A stretch of DNA of 64,000 nt. It comes from Marsupella aquatica. Taxonomy: Eukaryota; Plantae; Marchantiophyta. The notes under the pieces are model-generated. The model was not told the origin of the DNA. It was given only the letters and a program-made list of their open reading frames with translations, and searched no databases. Shown here one piece after another: positions 39,295 to 52,863 of the stretch. Location: NCBI GenBank assembly GCA_973895155.1, contig OZ316895.1, positions 19,358,803-19,422,802 on the forward strand, given 5' to 3'. Position numbers and translations under genes: made by a program. The first letter of the stretch is position 1; every line of letters starts with the position of its first letter.

Positions 39295-39306
39295 TGGTAT
39301 CAGAGC
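39295..39306 (+). other. Primer-binding site (tRNA-iMet)
   Basis: TGGTATCAGAGC between the LTR and gag. Confidence 0.9.
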
Positions 39307-39437
39307 GATTGCCGGCATAGACACCGGGCCGGGGTCGTGCTAAGTCGGAATCCAAAAATCTTAACGGATTTTTGCGGGGACTTAGTGCTTCAACGTGCCC
39401 GATGGGTTGACTGCGGGCAGATTCGGTCGCTGGGGAC

Positions 39438-42400
39438 ATGGCAAAAAACACTCGCGCAAAGAGTGGCAAGCAGGTTCCCCCCACCAAGGGGAGAGCCCAA
39501 GTTCACGATGAACAAAAGGAGGACGGGTCGACTTCCCTAGACAAACGTTACAAGCAAGATGAAGAAGATGCAATGGCCGAACCGTCGACCACTGCGGCAA
39601 ACAAGTCGAGTGCAGAGCGCCGTCAAATTAAAGGGAAGGAGGCGGCGGATCCTTCAGAGGATGGGTCAGATGACGATGACTCCGACGCAACCGCAAGCGA
39701 TGACAACGCTGAAGCTGAGACAGAGGAAGAGGGTCAGGACCCGGAAGAGGAACTGATCCCAGCCTTGAGAGGGTTGAACGTGGAACCAGAGGATGATGCC
39801 AAGCCGGACATCATTGTGGATAATTTGACCAAGCAGAACCAGGATGACGCGGGTGATACCTCAATCCCGGGAGGTCATGGTGCTCGCAAGACGCGGGGGG
39901 TGTCACCAAAATCCACAAGAGAACCTAAGGACAGGTGGCCTGCAAAGGAAAGACGGTTGGAGGACCGCCCTCGTACAACCCGCAAGGGCCCAGCCGCTGA
40001 CGACGGTCTGGGTCCGTTGACTCAAGACCAACGACTCATCTATGAGCAGTTGGAACACAACAAGGGGGCCCAGATTAAGTACTTACTTAGTCTGGGTAGT
40101 CAGAGTGCGTCGCATCCCGAGGGGGGAATGGTAGTTGGACGGAGTATGTTCCAGGTGAACCAGCTACCGACTCCTCCAACTTATGATGGGGCCTACAAAC
40201 AAAGTGGACAAAAGTTCCTGAGTTGGCTCTCCACGATGGAGATTCATCTCCAAGCGTGCGTTAAGCGTTCCACTTGGGCTACCGCAACCGCTCCTTACCT
40301 GAAGGACTATGCCTTGACTTGGTACAAGAATGGAAGAAGTCACGAGAGGACTCCTCCTTGCCGTTAACTTGGGAAAACTTGGTTGAGGGTCTCCGTGCTC
40401 ATGTTACCACTAAATACCCCGAGTGGCACGCTCAGAAATGTGTAACGGAGATGAGCTTCAGGGGTGATATCCAAAAGTTCATCACTTATTACCAAAATCA
40501 GTTGGCGTGTATCCCGGCGGGATAAGAGACCCTGCATACACAGCTTCACAACTTTATCGTGAAGCTCCCGCCGTTGCTCAGGGAAAAGTTGCAAGAAAAG
40601 CGTCATGAGTTCAAAACACTTTCTGACGCCTTCGACAAGGCCACTAGTTGGTGAATAACCGACCGGACTTGGCGAAGGTGGGTGGCAAGGGATCCGAGGA
40701 GGAAGCTGGGAAAGCAAAAGGTCCCGAGAATAAGCGTAAGCAACTTGAGGGGGCGGGGGCCGGTGGTTCGGATCCCCAGCCCTAGAATGGAGAAGCTAAG
40801 CGAAACCGGAAGGCCGACAACTTTAAGAAAGGAGCCTCATCGGCACAGAAAGCAAAGAAGCAGGCGACCATGGAGCAGAGGCGGGCTGAAGGTTCGTGCT
40901 TCACATGTGGCGCCATGGGCCATCAAAGTAAGGATTGTTCCACGAAAGGTGGCAAGCCAAGCGGAGATGGTGGAGGGCAGAAGAGCATTAAGGTAAGTAT
41001 CGCTCTAACTGAACCCTTAGTAGCTGACAAGGTCCCTGTAGGGGATGTCCCTGACGGAGAGAGGGTGTTGTTGCGAGAGAAGATACCTAAAGTTAAGACA
41101 AGGGATCCTGAAAAACTGATTTTTGTGAATGTCACTTCTAACGGTAATCTGGGTGTTGCTTTGGTGGATACAAGCGTGACCGCCTGCTTTGTCTTGGGGT
41201 GGACGTGCAAGAGTTGTTACAACCGTTAGTGTGCAAGTTCGCCAACAACACGAAGGGGATAGTGTCAAGAGTAGTGCATAGACTTCGGGTAGAGGTCATA
41301 GGCGAACAACAAAATTTTGTTAGTCAGGAGATGTTCTATGTTCTAGACGGTCTAGCCGTAGACTTCATTTTGTCGATAGGTTATCTCAGAAAGCACAATG
41401 TTACCTTGAAACCGGGGGGTGAGGTGCTCCATTTTCCCAATAAGGGCGGTGAGCCCATCGTTGTACACGAAATTACCGAAAATAAAGAAAGATTTTTTAA
41501 AGTAAGTAAAGTGTCGTGAATGTCTTCGTGTGTATCGGCGAAGCAATGGTGGAAAGACTTCAAGGGTGGACATGAATGTTTCTTCTTTCATCTCCACCCA
41601 ACTAAGGAGGCTGCGTCGCAGCCAAAGGTCAAGTTAGCTAAGGTCGGGCCCGACTGCGGTCAAATTCCTGAAATTTTAGCGGAATTCAACGACGTGCTCT
41701 CACAGAAGCTACCTAAAGGTTTACCCCCGTGAAGAGAAGTGGATCACCAAGTTGAGTTGGAGCCGGGATCGGCTCCTCAGGCTAAAGCTCCTTATCGTCT
41801 GAACCTGAACGAGCGAATGATGTTGAAGAACGCCTTGGAAGAGTTGATCGACCAAGGGTTCATTCGCCCTAGTAAGAGTCCTTACGGGGCGCCCGCGCTG
41901 TTTGTGTCCAAAAAGGATGGTACTTTGAGATTGTGCGTAGATTACCGGGCCCTCAATAAGCAGACGGTAAAGAACAAGTACCCATTACCTCATATGGATG
42001 ACCTCTTCGATTGCCTCTCCGGGGCTAAGAAGTTTTCAAAGGTGGACTTGCAGTCTGGGTATTACCAGATCCGCATGGCTAAGGGAGACAAGTATAAGAC
42101 CGCGATGCGCACAAGGTTAAGATCCTATGAGTTTTTGGTTATGCCGTTCGGGTTGTGTAATGCAACCGCAATGTTCATGAAGATGATGAATACCATCTTT
42201 CATGACTTGTTGGACCAAGGAGTGGTCGTCTTTATTGACGACATCCTAATCTACTCGAAAACGTTGGAGGAGCATGAACAGTTGCTCAGAGAAGTGTTCT
42301 CTCGCCTTTGTAAAGCTCGTCTCTTTGCTAAACCTAGCAAGTGCGAGTTTGTGATGAACGAGATTCAGTTCCTCGGCCATACCTTTACCCCAGAAGGGAT

Positions 42401-42635
42401 TACGCCTAGTCAGGACAAGCTTAAGGAGATCAAAGAATGGGAGCGTCCATCCAATGTAAGGCAAGTTAGAGCCTTCTTAGGATTTACGGGGTTCTATCGG
42501 AGATACATGAAAGACTATGCGAGGATCGCGAGGCCCCTCAATGCGCTAATGTTGAAAAACAAAGTGTTTGTGTGGACACAAGATTGCGAGTTAGCATTCC
42601 TAGAACTTAAGCGGTTAATGATAACGCCGCCGGTG
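39438..42635 (+). pseudogene. gag-protease-RT (gypsy), frameshifted
   Basis: ORFs 39438-40367, 40274-40525, 40870-41229, 41199-41519, 41520-41732 and 41739-42653 form a broken polyprotein. Confidence 0.9.
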
Positions 42636-44549
42636 ACACTCCAAATGCAATGAAGAGCCTTTGAGAACATGACCATTGTCTCTAAACTTTCAACTGATGA
42701 TCAACCATCCAAGAGATATGGAGAATTGAACGAGCTCTGCAAAATTGCTTCTTTGTCTTATAGATTTTGTTTGGTTGTATAGTAGGATATGTTGAAGCCA
42801 ACATATTTTGGCATCCGTACCAAGCAAATAGATGGATTTGTGATGGATAAGGGATTTCTCTTGTAAGTCCACAGGAGGATCAACGAGGGCTTGTCATGAA
42901 GGATTTCTTGAAGACAGGATGCCCGACAGGATGTGCATTCGAAACATTGGCATCCTCATCATTCAGCTCGTTGTGTCTCATTTTGTGACAAGCAGTTGGA
43001 ACGGGAGATGTCATAAGAAATGTGGCTACGTGTCATGGAGCTGCCTGATCAGCCGCTTGATTCTTTGTCATGCCCGTCACTTCTTGCTTATCCTATTCAG
43101 ATCGAAGAGTCAAAGATGGAAGCTTTTATGAGATGAAGACATGGGATGTTTTCCAATTTGGATGGTGATACTCACATAAGTTGGGCCTGCACAAGTAATA
43201 GTGCGTAGGCTCTGTCTTAGTCTGCAATTATAATGCTCCTCTGTTGTGGACCAATGGATAAGAAGCGCTATCGAGCATACAATTCTTAATTGCGGAAGTT
43301 TTACAAAATTAGTTTGGAGACTTTGATAGAATTCTTTGGCCACCAAGGTAATCACAGGAGTCCAAAAGAGCATTAACTTTCCGAGTCGGACAACTGCAAT
43401 TGCACCAGGCCCAGGTGCACTTGTCTAGAGGATCGCTTGTTGTTTCTTACTGGGCTGTTTCCTACTTGTCTCTTATTGTAATGCATCTTCTATGTACTGC
43501 AATTTGAGACTTATTTCCCCTTTTCAAAAAGCTCTGCACGAAACTACAATGTTCAGTTATCAAATCAAAGGAGAGCAACACGAAATTTAAAAAGCTCTGG
43601 ACAAACAGGTTTACTCGTGTCTGAGGTGTGTGTGTCCAGTGAACGTGATGGAAACATTTTGACATTCTTAGCTTTTAAAAATTTTAGCTAATGTCACAAA
43701 ACAAAACCTATTTTGATAGCACAATGTTGTACAATTTTTGACAGTCCACCACCCAGCGAGATAGTAGCTTCTAATAATATTAGCTTTATCTCACTAGTAT
43801 CTCTATAATTGTAATTGCATGCCTATAGAGTCACGGCTAGCAGTTTCACTCTGGCAATTGGCAGGGTTTCTAGTATCCCAGTCCTTTTGGCTGAAAAAAT
43901 TCATATCTTTGTTCAAAGAAAAAACAAATTTACACACATTCCTTGGATCAACAAGGGGTCCACGGACTAATTTCAAAATTTGAGTGACGTCTTGGCGACT
44001 TACTCTACAGGGTCGTCAATGTAGTCAATTTTTAGCACAGTAAACCTTACCTTTAAATTTGGCAGATTGGGTTGATTTATTTGTAAAGCGCGTGGACCTC
44101 CGTTTAAGTTGAAATGTAAGTTGAATGTTTCCAGCATGGTCTTTGATGTCCAATCTATTGCCTGACAAAGTTTGAGACTTTTTTAAAAATCATTTGCTTC
44201 ATTTTTGATGAACACTAAGAATTCAAATATTATAAATCATGATTTTACTTTACACTTGGAAATTTTCATGCGGGTCTATTGAAAACAAATGTTTCTGAGT
44301 AATGACATGATGTCTTGATATCTTCAGGTTTAGGGTAGTCAAAGACCTGTTTGGTAATGTAACTGAAACTGGTTGGGACAGTTAGGAAACAGTTTACAGG
44401 TTGCATTTTCAGTCAAAAGTGCAAACAACATTATCTGAGTCAAATTAAATATTTTGAGCAAGTCCATTCAAGCCGGCCTTTTGCTCAATGTCCTTTTGCC
44501 CATGGGGAATGCTACTATGACCAAAAGAGTAGATACTCAGTTAATGTAC

Positions 44550-45160
44550 AGGTGGTCTATGATCATAGGTGGCAAATAATATATATGTTCTTAGGTGGGT
44601 CAATGCAACCATACGTGTTAATTCCAGTTTTTTCAACATCTTGCACTTTGGTTAGTTTTCATTAAATATTTGCCTTTCCATTTTTCAGGAATGCCTGGCT
44701 CATGCTCAGACTTGACCTGCTTAAGGAAATCACCCTTGTGGAAGTTATGCACAGATGTAAACAGTAACAATGTGTTCAGTGATGGTCAATACATATTGGG
44801 TGACAACGGGTACCAGGCTTTACCTCATGCTGTTTGTGCATTCAATAGAGCAAACATTGTACGTGATAAAGAGGATTTCAACACTTGTGTGGCAAAGTGC
44901 CGTGTTACCAATGAGCATTGCATTGTCGTCCTAAAATCTCGGTGGCATTCTTTGAAAGAGGTTAGAACCCAGCTGAACAAGAATAAAGATAGTGCCTAGC
45001 TGGTTACATTGGATTACTCTATGTGGCAAGTTACATAATTATGTTATTTCTCAGAATGATGAATGGACAGAAGAATATGTGTCTCTATATTTACCAGATC
45101 TCTAGAGGAATGAAGATGTTTGAGGACAATGTGGTTCTGGCAGGGTGTCTAGAAGGGGCA
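44550..45160 (+). pseudogene. PIF/Harbinger transposase (DDE_Tnp_4-type) C-terminal remnant
   Basis: Exon VVYDHRWQIIYMFL splices to GMPGSCSD..YILGDNGY..FN..RVTNEHCIVVLKSRWHSLK. Confidence 0.85.
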
Positions 45161-45179
45161 TAGTGACAGCAGGTTATGC

Positions 45180-45352
45180 CTTGCTTGTGAGTGAGGGTCA
45201 TGGACCATGCCCTCACATTCAATCAATGACCTGGACGCTTCCAATACTCACTCGAACAGTGACATGCTTGCTTGTGAGGGTCATGGACCATGCCCTCACA
45301 TTCAATCAACGACCTGGACGCTTCCAATACTCACTTGAGCAGTGACATGCTG
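45180..45352 (+). repeat. ~85-bp tandem duplication
   Basis: gggtcatggaccatgccctcacattcaatcaa.gacctggacgcttccaatactcact.ga.cagtgacatgct occurs twice. Confidence 0.85.
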
Positions 45353-46857
45353 GTACTTGCAGTCAACCACACACTTGATTGACTGGCTTCACTTGCTCCT
45401 TATTTTGGTTGACTGGTTGACCACCACATGCAGTGCTTGTCTTCAAAGTACTGCACCCAAATGCAAAAACCTAGAAATGAGAGGAATGCCTTTGTTCCTG
45501 TCACATTTGCAACCTTTTGAGCCTAGCAGAGATTTGGGCATTCCAAAATCGAGAAACCTTGATCCCCATTGTGGCTGATTGACAACAATGACTTTGTCAC
45601 TAATAATTTATTCTTAGGTATCTGGAATTACCCAAGTTGGCCAACATCAGTTTGCGAGCCATTCCAGCAGTTTTTTGGAGGTGTCAAGGATGTTAGGAGA
45701 CATGGCCATTGACACACGTGCTGCTCATCAAGTGGGATGACTTCTTTGCATTCACAAAGGAAATTTTGCTGCAAGACGAGAGTGCGGGCGAGAGTGATGA
45801 CGAAGAATGCAACATTGCAAGTACTGTCACTTCCTTGATGGCAATAATTTCTCAAGAGACAGGTGGAGACGGTGTGACTTGCGACTGCAGCCCATCATGC
45901 GCTGAGAGCTCACCTCACAATGCCGATGCACCTCCGAAGGAGTAGCCCAGTAGCTGATTTTTGTCACCTGTTGTAGGAGTGATTGGTGATTGGCGATGCT
46001 GACTATGTTGGCCATATGTGAAGGCCACAAGTTTTCAGCTTTTTGAATGCAACACTTGTTGGGGTTGTGTTGTAGAAATGGGTCTTTTGCAGTCCACGAC
46101 CAGAATAGATAAGAGCAGGCACTTCAAATTAGAACTCAGTAGGATACTGTAGGTAATTGATTCCCATTGTGGTCATCGATTAGCATTTGAAATTATAGAA
46201 TTCTGCACTTGTAGTGGCCACAAATTTGTAAACTTTGCCGTATTATTTGTAAAACTCCTGAATTATTTTTGTGTGAATGGATTGAGATTGTGGCCTAGAG
46301 ATTGTGGTTTTGTGTGAATGTTAGTCCGGCTTTGTTATGATTATTGCCTTAGTAAATGTTGATGGCCAGATTTTCTATTTGTGCATTGACACTTACAGAA
46401 TCACAGATTATGAGACACAACTTAGTTTGAACATGTGGGAACTTTTGTGTAAAACATGGTGTTTTTTCATGAATGAATAACCGGTAATATGTCCGCCTTA
46501 AGCTTTAAGAAGCATCCCATAGTGCCATGATTAACATTCAACGGCGCAGTGTGAGGAATACACAAACTATTTTAGGAGGACATGATGCACAATGAATTTG
46601 AAAATTGTTTCTCCAAATTATGCTTCAAAACAGATATATCCAAGTTCATGTGGGTTTAGCATCTACATGGAATGCAGTGTGATCACAGGAAAAGAGTACT
46701 ATTGCTACATGTAAGGAGGTTGTCTATCCTATTGCAGATCAACAACTTCTTCATCTCTAGGTGAAGAAGTCCATGCACAACAATTTCTTGCTTCCGAATT
46801 ACGTTGTGGAATGTTTGGTGCCTCGTTTATGCCAGGACTTTCATCAACGTAAGCATT

Positions 46858-47458
46858 GGGGTACACAACATCATTGGATATCAGTGGCTGATAACTGATA
46901 TCAGTTATCTAAAAAATTTCAGAATCTCAACTGAGGAGTTGAGATGGGGCCTTCGAACTTCCGCGCATCTCAGCTGGGCAACCGAGGTTAACTCAATCTT
47001 GGCTGACCTCGCCGAGATGGGCGTACGGACCGAAAAAGAAAAAGAAAAAAAAAACCAAAACATTTCCCGAAAAAAAAATTTTGAAAAAAAAAATTTGAAA
47101 TTTTTTTCCCCATCTCAGCTGGCCTCGCCGAGATGGGGCGTACGGACCGAAAAAAAAGGGGAAAAAAAAACCAAAAATTTTCCCAAAAAAGAATTTTGAA
47201 AAAAAGAAGTTCGGAAATTTTTTTCCCATCTCGGCTGGGCTCGCCGAGATAGGTGTCCGTATGGTACGGACGCCTCATGACGAAAAACATTTTGAAAAAA
47301 AAAAGTTTTCCTTCAAATTTTGAAGAAAAATTTAACATTTTTTTTTCTTCATTTTTTTCTTTTTCGCATCGCAACTTGGCGGCCTCTCTAAGATGAGGTG
47401 GCAGCTGATATCAAGTACACTGATGAAAGTGACTGATAACTGATGAGATTACTTATCT
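46858..47458. mobile_element. Small insertion with ~120-bp internal tandem repeats, flanked by a 10-bp direct repeat
   Basis: CGTAAGCATT at 46848-46857 and 47459-47468. Internal ctcgccgagat core occurs three times, separated by A/T tracts. Confidence 0.5.
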
Positions 47459-48145
47459 CGTAAGCATTTCCTCAGGTGTCCAGTTTGAACAAATCAGTTC
47501 AGTTAGTAGTGTTGTTGACTATTGAGCTCTAGCTCGACAATGTCAATTGGATCTCCAAATCAATTCTGGCCCTCTTCTCCTCGTGCCTTCTCTATATCCT
47601 ATCTCTCACCCTGGTGTCCTTTATCAATGCTTTGCACTCGTCCCTGCTATCAGTAAGTTCATTTTGCTTTCCATTTATCCCGAGTTTCAATCATCTATTG
47701 TCGGAATACGTTCTTCTCAACTAGCTTCTTCATGTACAACTCTGCCGTGTTGGGCCGGGAAGTTGCCTATGAAGGGGCGGGCCTTCTCATTTTTTTCCTC
47801 CCATGATTTGATCTATCCATTCTGGGATTAGATGGCGGGGCAGTGGGGGCTTGTGAAGCCTGCACTTTGTCAGTGTTGTAGAATTAAACTAGGTTCTCCA
47901 GAGGCAACAGGTTTGGGCTCTGTCCATGAGGGAACAAATGCATGCCATGAGGCATCCTCACTCGGTAAGCTATGCTCATAGTCAAACTGCAAATCCCCAC
48001 CATGTTCACGGAAATCTGTCAAGGACGGGTAAAATCCAAGAGTAATGAGCGAATAAGTCTGGTTTTGTGTAAAGAACGAGGTAAAGAAGAAGTGTTTTCC
48101 AAGTTCAGCCTACTATGGCACATACCTGTTGGCAATGAGTCCTAG

Positions 48146-48792
48146 TCATTCGATCCTTTGCAGTCGTCTTGTTTGTCCTCGTCCGATCCTAGATCCACAC
48201 AAAGCTCGATGTGGTGGGGGGAAACACTTGCCCTCTCTCAATAGTGCGCGCGCATGCATCCTGTCAAAGTGAGGACAAATCTTGTCGAGCTTGTCCTCCA
48301 GCATACTACCTGCCCAAAGCTCAATGTTAGACCAGTTCCACAATCCTGTTTCATAGCCAGAGCCTCCTTATATTTCTTCACATATCGTGCAAACCTTTTA
48401 CCCGAGTTGTCTCTTGTGCTGACAAATGTTGGGAAGCCTTGGCTATGCAGCACAACCAACATCATTCAAAAAACCGTTTTCTTCAAAGGATTCCTTGTAC
48501 CCACAGGCAGCCTACGAGAGGATCCATTCAACATTGTGAAGTTGTATGGATCTTCGAGCCAGTCTACAATCTTACCCAAGTGCGGTGCAGTGAGCTTGCA
48601 ATTGACATTCACTGCAGAAACATGGTGATTATTTGAGGCCACCATGTTTGCTTGAATTTCTGTGAGCTGTGAAGTGGGCACTACCACTACAATTGGATCC
48701 AGCGACTGGAGATATCTAGACAATTGAGAGGAAGTAAGATGTGCCCTCATCAAATTAGCCATCCTTCCTCTTCTACTCTTGCACTTCAACAT
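48146..48792 (-). pseudogene. Harbinger accessory (Myb/SANT-like) ORF remnant
   Basis: IVDWLEDPYNF..G..KKTVF..RFARYVKKYKEA..GTGLT..LEDKLDKICPHFDRM across stops and frameshifts. Convergent with the Harbinger transposase remnant. Confidence 0.55.
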
Positions 48793-49031
48793 GGAAACTT
48801 AGGACTCCTTTGTTGCAGATGTTCCGAGAGGGAAGGTAACATTTTGAAAAAGCTCTGCATTCAACGAAAGAAAATAGGTTCTGTGCAGAGCAAAGCCGGC
48901 GCAAGGGTTCAAACATAAAGTGAGCGGGATTTCCTTAACCCATGCTAAACCCACTACCGTGGCAGCTTATGACCCGTCTCAAACTTTGCCCCCTTGCTTT
49001 CTGCATGCCCGAAAAGACTGTCCCAGCCTCA

Positions 49032-49392
49032 GGGCCACTTTACAAGACGGGCGCGGCAATTTGAGTGCTTTCTACCAGGGCTGTGACAGAGCCCAACTTT
49101 AGTGGTACAGTAGGACTCTAGACCAATCCAAGGCAGGGATCCTAGGAGGAAGCGGGCTGCCCATTTTCGCACCTCCGGAGGTCCGATAGTCTAGCGCCCG
49201 GATGAGAGTCCCAAGCCGGCTGGCCCGAGCTGATCCATACCAGAATGCAGGTTCGGTTATTCCCGCAGCTCAACTTGCCGCGCTAGTCTTCTAAAGCAAG
49301 GAGCGCCCGGGCAGGCTGAAACAACGGTTGTGATTGATTCGATCATGAAAAAAGAGGGACTAAATTGCCACGCCCGTCTTGTAAAGTGGCCC
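49032..49392. mobile_element. Tourist-like (Harbinger) MITE
   Basis: 31-bp TIR GGGCCACTTTACAAGACGGGCG(C/T)GGCAATTT (30/31 match). Flanks are TCA and TTA. Confidence 0.9.
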
Positions 49393-49889
49393 TTAAATCA
49401 GTTTTGGGAAGCCTTTTTGCCAGTCATGTGCCCCTGACCCTGTCCACACCGTTCAAGTTTGAGACGCCCTAATAGTCTGCCATAGAGATTCAAATTCAAA
49501 CAGTAGCTTACTCTTGGATGTCGTCCATCGATGCATACCGTTGACAGTGACTTTGAGGGCGAGGAAGCATTCACGGAACCCGAACCTCAGAAATGCTGGC
49601 AACAGTTCGCACTTTAGAAAGAATGCCGAGCGCGGTCGAAGCAAACTCTCACACAGCATACGAGAGAGTCTTGTTGTTGCGGAGTGGTGCGAGGGACACC
49701 TTCCGGCAAGGTCGGAGCTCTTGGATCTGCGTCGTAAGGAACAAATAGGCATTCCTACTTGGAGTCACACGAAGAACAGACAGACAGAAGATTTTTCACC
49801 AGGGGAAACAGTCCAAGAATAAGGAAGAGGGCATGTAGGGTTTGTATGAGGTATACAAAGCAGATGAGATAGATCTGCCGACTGTCGCG

Positions 49890-52863
49890 ATGAAGGGGGC
49901 TCGCAGCTTGGCATCTATCGTCCGTGGCATCGGGCGATGTGTGGAAAACAGCAGTCAATCGGGACCAGCAGGATATGGAGGCCAAGTGCGCCAAGTTCGC
50001 TCTATGGGAACTCATAGTCCCGCTGTGTTCGTGGACAAGAACACTCGGGTCATTTGCCAGGGAATCACGGGGAAAAACGGCACGTTTCACACCGAGCAAG
50101 CCATCGAATATGGCACTAATATGGTTCTCAATCTGCCTCCAGGATCTGTTTTCCTTCTCTGAACTGTGAAATGCCCTGTGCACAATGACAATGTCTTTCA
50201 TTGCACTTTAAGTCTTTTGAGTTTTGGCTTCGATTTCTCGCTCTGTTTTGCTGGCTTCTTGTCTCTGCTCATCAGATTCTCTCCAGATCCTTCAATGAAG
50301 ATAAGTTGTGATAGATCAGGATGCCTGAGAACGAGGAAGCTACGTATATTCGAATTAGGCTCTACTTTGGAGGACCGACGTAGACAGCCATTTGGAATGC
50401 CCACTGTGCCGTCTTTTCCTTTGCAAACTGTCAAAACTGTATTTGTGCCTTGACATTTACCCGTTATAATTAAATTAACCCAAATCCTTATAATTAAACC
50501 CCTAACGCCCTTCAGGAGCCGCTGTCAGCAACTGAATGTACCGTCAAAGAGAATTTGGCGCAAGGCAGAAAACCTTTCCACAGTCCTTAGAGTGATATAG
50601 GCATGGAAAGTACTGGTGTGATTTCCAGTTTACAAGTTTTAGCTTCAGGCATGTGAATAGATTTTGTTGTGCAATGTGTTGTGAGCGCAATCATCGCGGT
50701 TTCCCTTGGGGGTTCTCAGCCGATCAGTTTAAAGTGTTCGACGGTTAAAATTGCAGAGGTAAACTTGAACCGCAAACACCGCAGATCCCTAGAATCCAAC
50801 GAAGTACTTTGCTACACTGCCTGGCAACAAGCAGTAATCTTGAGTTCTCCATGCAACAGTTTTAGGGTTCCTGCTCCGGTTCTCTGTTTGTATTTGTTGA
50901 GTAGTTTGACTTTTTGCAGTTTAACATCAAATCCATACGTCCTTATATTGTGGGAATTGGTGTAAACAGGTGGGAGGTGTCACCCCAAAGAAAGGTGGCA
51001 CAGAGCATCTGGGACTGCCAGTGTTCAATTCTGTTGCCGAAGCTGTTGCAGCTACCAAAGCCAGTGCAACAGTTATTTATGTGCCCCCGAAGTTTGCGCA
51101 AGCTGCCATTTTGGAAGCTTTGGATGCCGAACTTGACTTGATTGTTTGCATCACTGAGGGTATTCCTCAGCATGATATGGTATACTTGTCCAGAATGATT
51201 TCTCTCAACCTGTTATATTCTTGTTATTTGGGACTCTTAGCAGTTTTTAATGACTTGACAGACGGATTGAAGTGCCAAAACTGTCCAGAGACAACACTTA
51301 CTGAAGACGGTCAAAGATCATTATTATTAATATTATCCCAGTGTTTCCGATATGCAGGTCCGAGTGAAGCATGCCTTAAAGCAGCAGACAAAGTCACGAC
51401 TGATTGGACCCAATTGTCCTGGTATTATTAAGCCAGGAGAGTGCAAAATAGGCATTATGCCTGGATATATTCATAAACCTGGTCGTATCGGGATTGTATC
51501 TCGGTCAGGAACCCTCACTTATGAAGCGGTAAGCTACAAGTGCTCAAGAAACAATGTTGAGGGTTGTTGTTCTTTTCGAAGGAGGTTTCTTAGGGATAGT
51601 TTCGTGACGGCCTTAGTTAAAAAAGTCTTCACCTTTGGAATCGTAACACAGATTGTGACCTGTAAAACCTTTTATCATTAATTCAAGGTCTTCTGTTGTT
51701 TGTCTGCAGGTGTACCAGACAACTGCAGTAGGTCTGGGACAGTCGACGTGTGTGGGTATTGGAGGCGACCCTTTCAATGGTACAAATTTTGTTGACTGCC
51801 TTGAGAAATTTGTGAAAGATCCACAAACTGAAGGTATAGTTCTTCTTGTCTGCCAATCGTACAAGTGTTTTCATGAAATTTATGTGACAAGCAAAGTCCT
51901 GTTCATAAGAATTTGTTAAATCGTTGGTTGGTCAATCGAGTCCTTAAAATCTTGGACACTTGAAAGTTCATGCATGTATCTCTTTCTATCCAGGGATCAT
52001 CTTGATTGGAGAGATTGGTGGCAGTGCAGAGGAAGATGCTGCCCAATTCTTAATTGTAAGTGATAGAACGAGTTTTGTGTTCTTTAGGGTATCACCAGGA
52101 AGGTGATGAATTGTGACATTCAATGAACATATTTCTCGCAGACCTACATCTGTAGCCAATTTTCAAGATTACGACTTAAGTTGAATTCATATGTTTTTCT
52201 CCTTCCAGGATAGTGGAACAGAGAAACCTGTGGTTTCGTTCATTGCTGGCTTAACAGCTCCTCCAGGACGCCGGATGGGTCATGCTGGAGGTAAGAGCGT
52301 TCTGTCTCGATGTTTGGGGCTCTCCCCTCGAAAGTCTGTCCAGATAAATTTGAAACGTGTATTTGACCTTATTGATTACATAGGTACGCGAAAGCTATTA
52401 GAGTCTAGACACATACAGGTGAAGAAAGTATGGTTATTTGCGAAGCCATTTGTCTCCACTATTGCGATTATATTTTTTGAAGGTAGATGCATTGCCGAAA
52501 ACAAAGTGATGTTCTCCAGTTCTCTTATAACTAGATTGTAGTCAGTACTGTGATACCGACCCTTTTCTGTCTATTATTCTGCGAATGTGAATTTTTTGGC
52601 TTCAAATCTAGTAACTGTGCATGCTCAAGAAGCATCGAACTTTGTGCGTTGTCTGTGTCATTCTGAAAATAACCTCGTGTTTACATGTTGCTCGTCTAAC
52701 TTTTGATGAATGGCCATTGACTGCAGCAATTATTTCCGGAGGGAAAGGGACGGCTCAAGATAAGATAAAAACCTTGAAGGCAGCCGGTGTTACTGTTGTA
52801 GAATCACCTGCAAAAATTGGGAGTGCTATGCATCAGGTGTTCAAGGATCGTGGGCTTCTTTGA
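49890..52863 (+). CDS. Succinyl-CoA ligase alpha subunit, mitochondrial, multi-exon
   Basis: Transit-like N-terminus, [66 protein letters not shown], and the phospho-His motif GRRMGHAG. Confidence 0.96.

Larger units (their letters stand above)
37810..42635 (+). mobile_element. Ty3/gypsy LTR retrotransposon, 3'-truncated after RT
   Basis: 5' LTR ~37810-39292; PBS TGGTATCAGAGC at 39295-39306; gag with CFTCGAMGHQSKDC knuckle; protease ALVDT; RT LRLCVDYRALN, VFIDDILIYS. Ends abruptly at ITPPV. Confidence 0.92.

Noticed and set aside
42636-44500. Possible decayed coding sequence after the gypsy truncation
   Set aside because: No recognisable motif in the frames I examined, so it is left unassigned.
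46804-47374. Lys-rich and Phe-rich ORFs
   Set aside because: They arise from A/T homopolymer tracts in the repeat.
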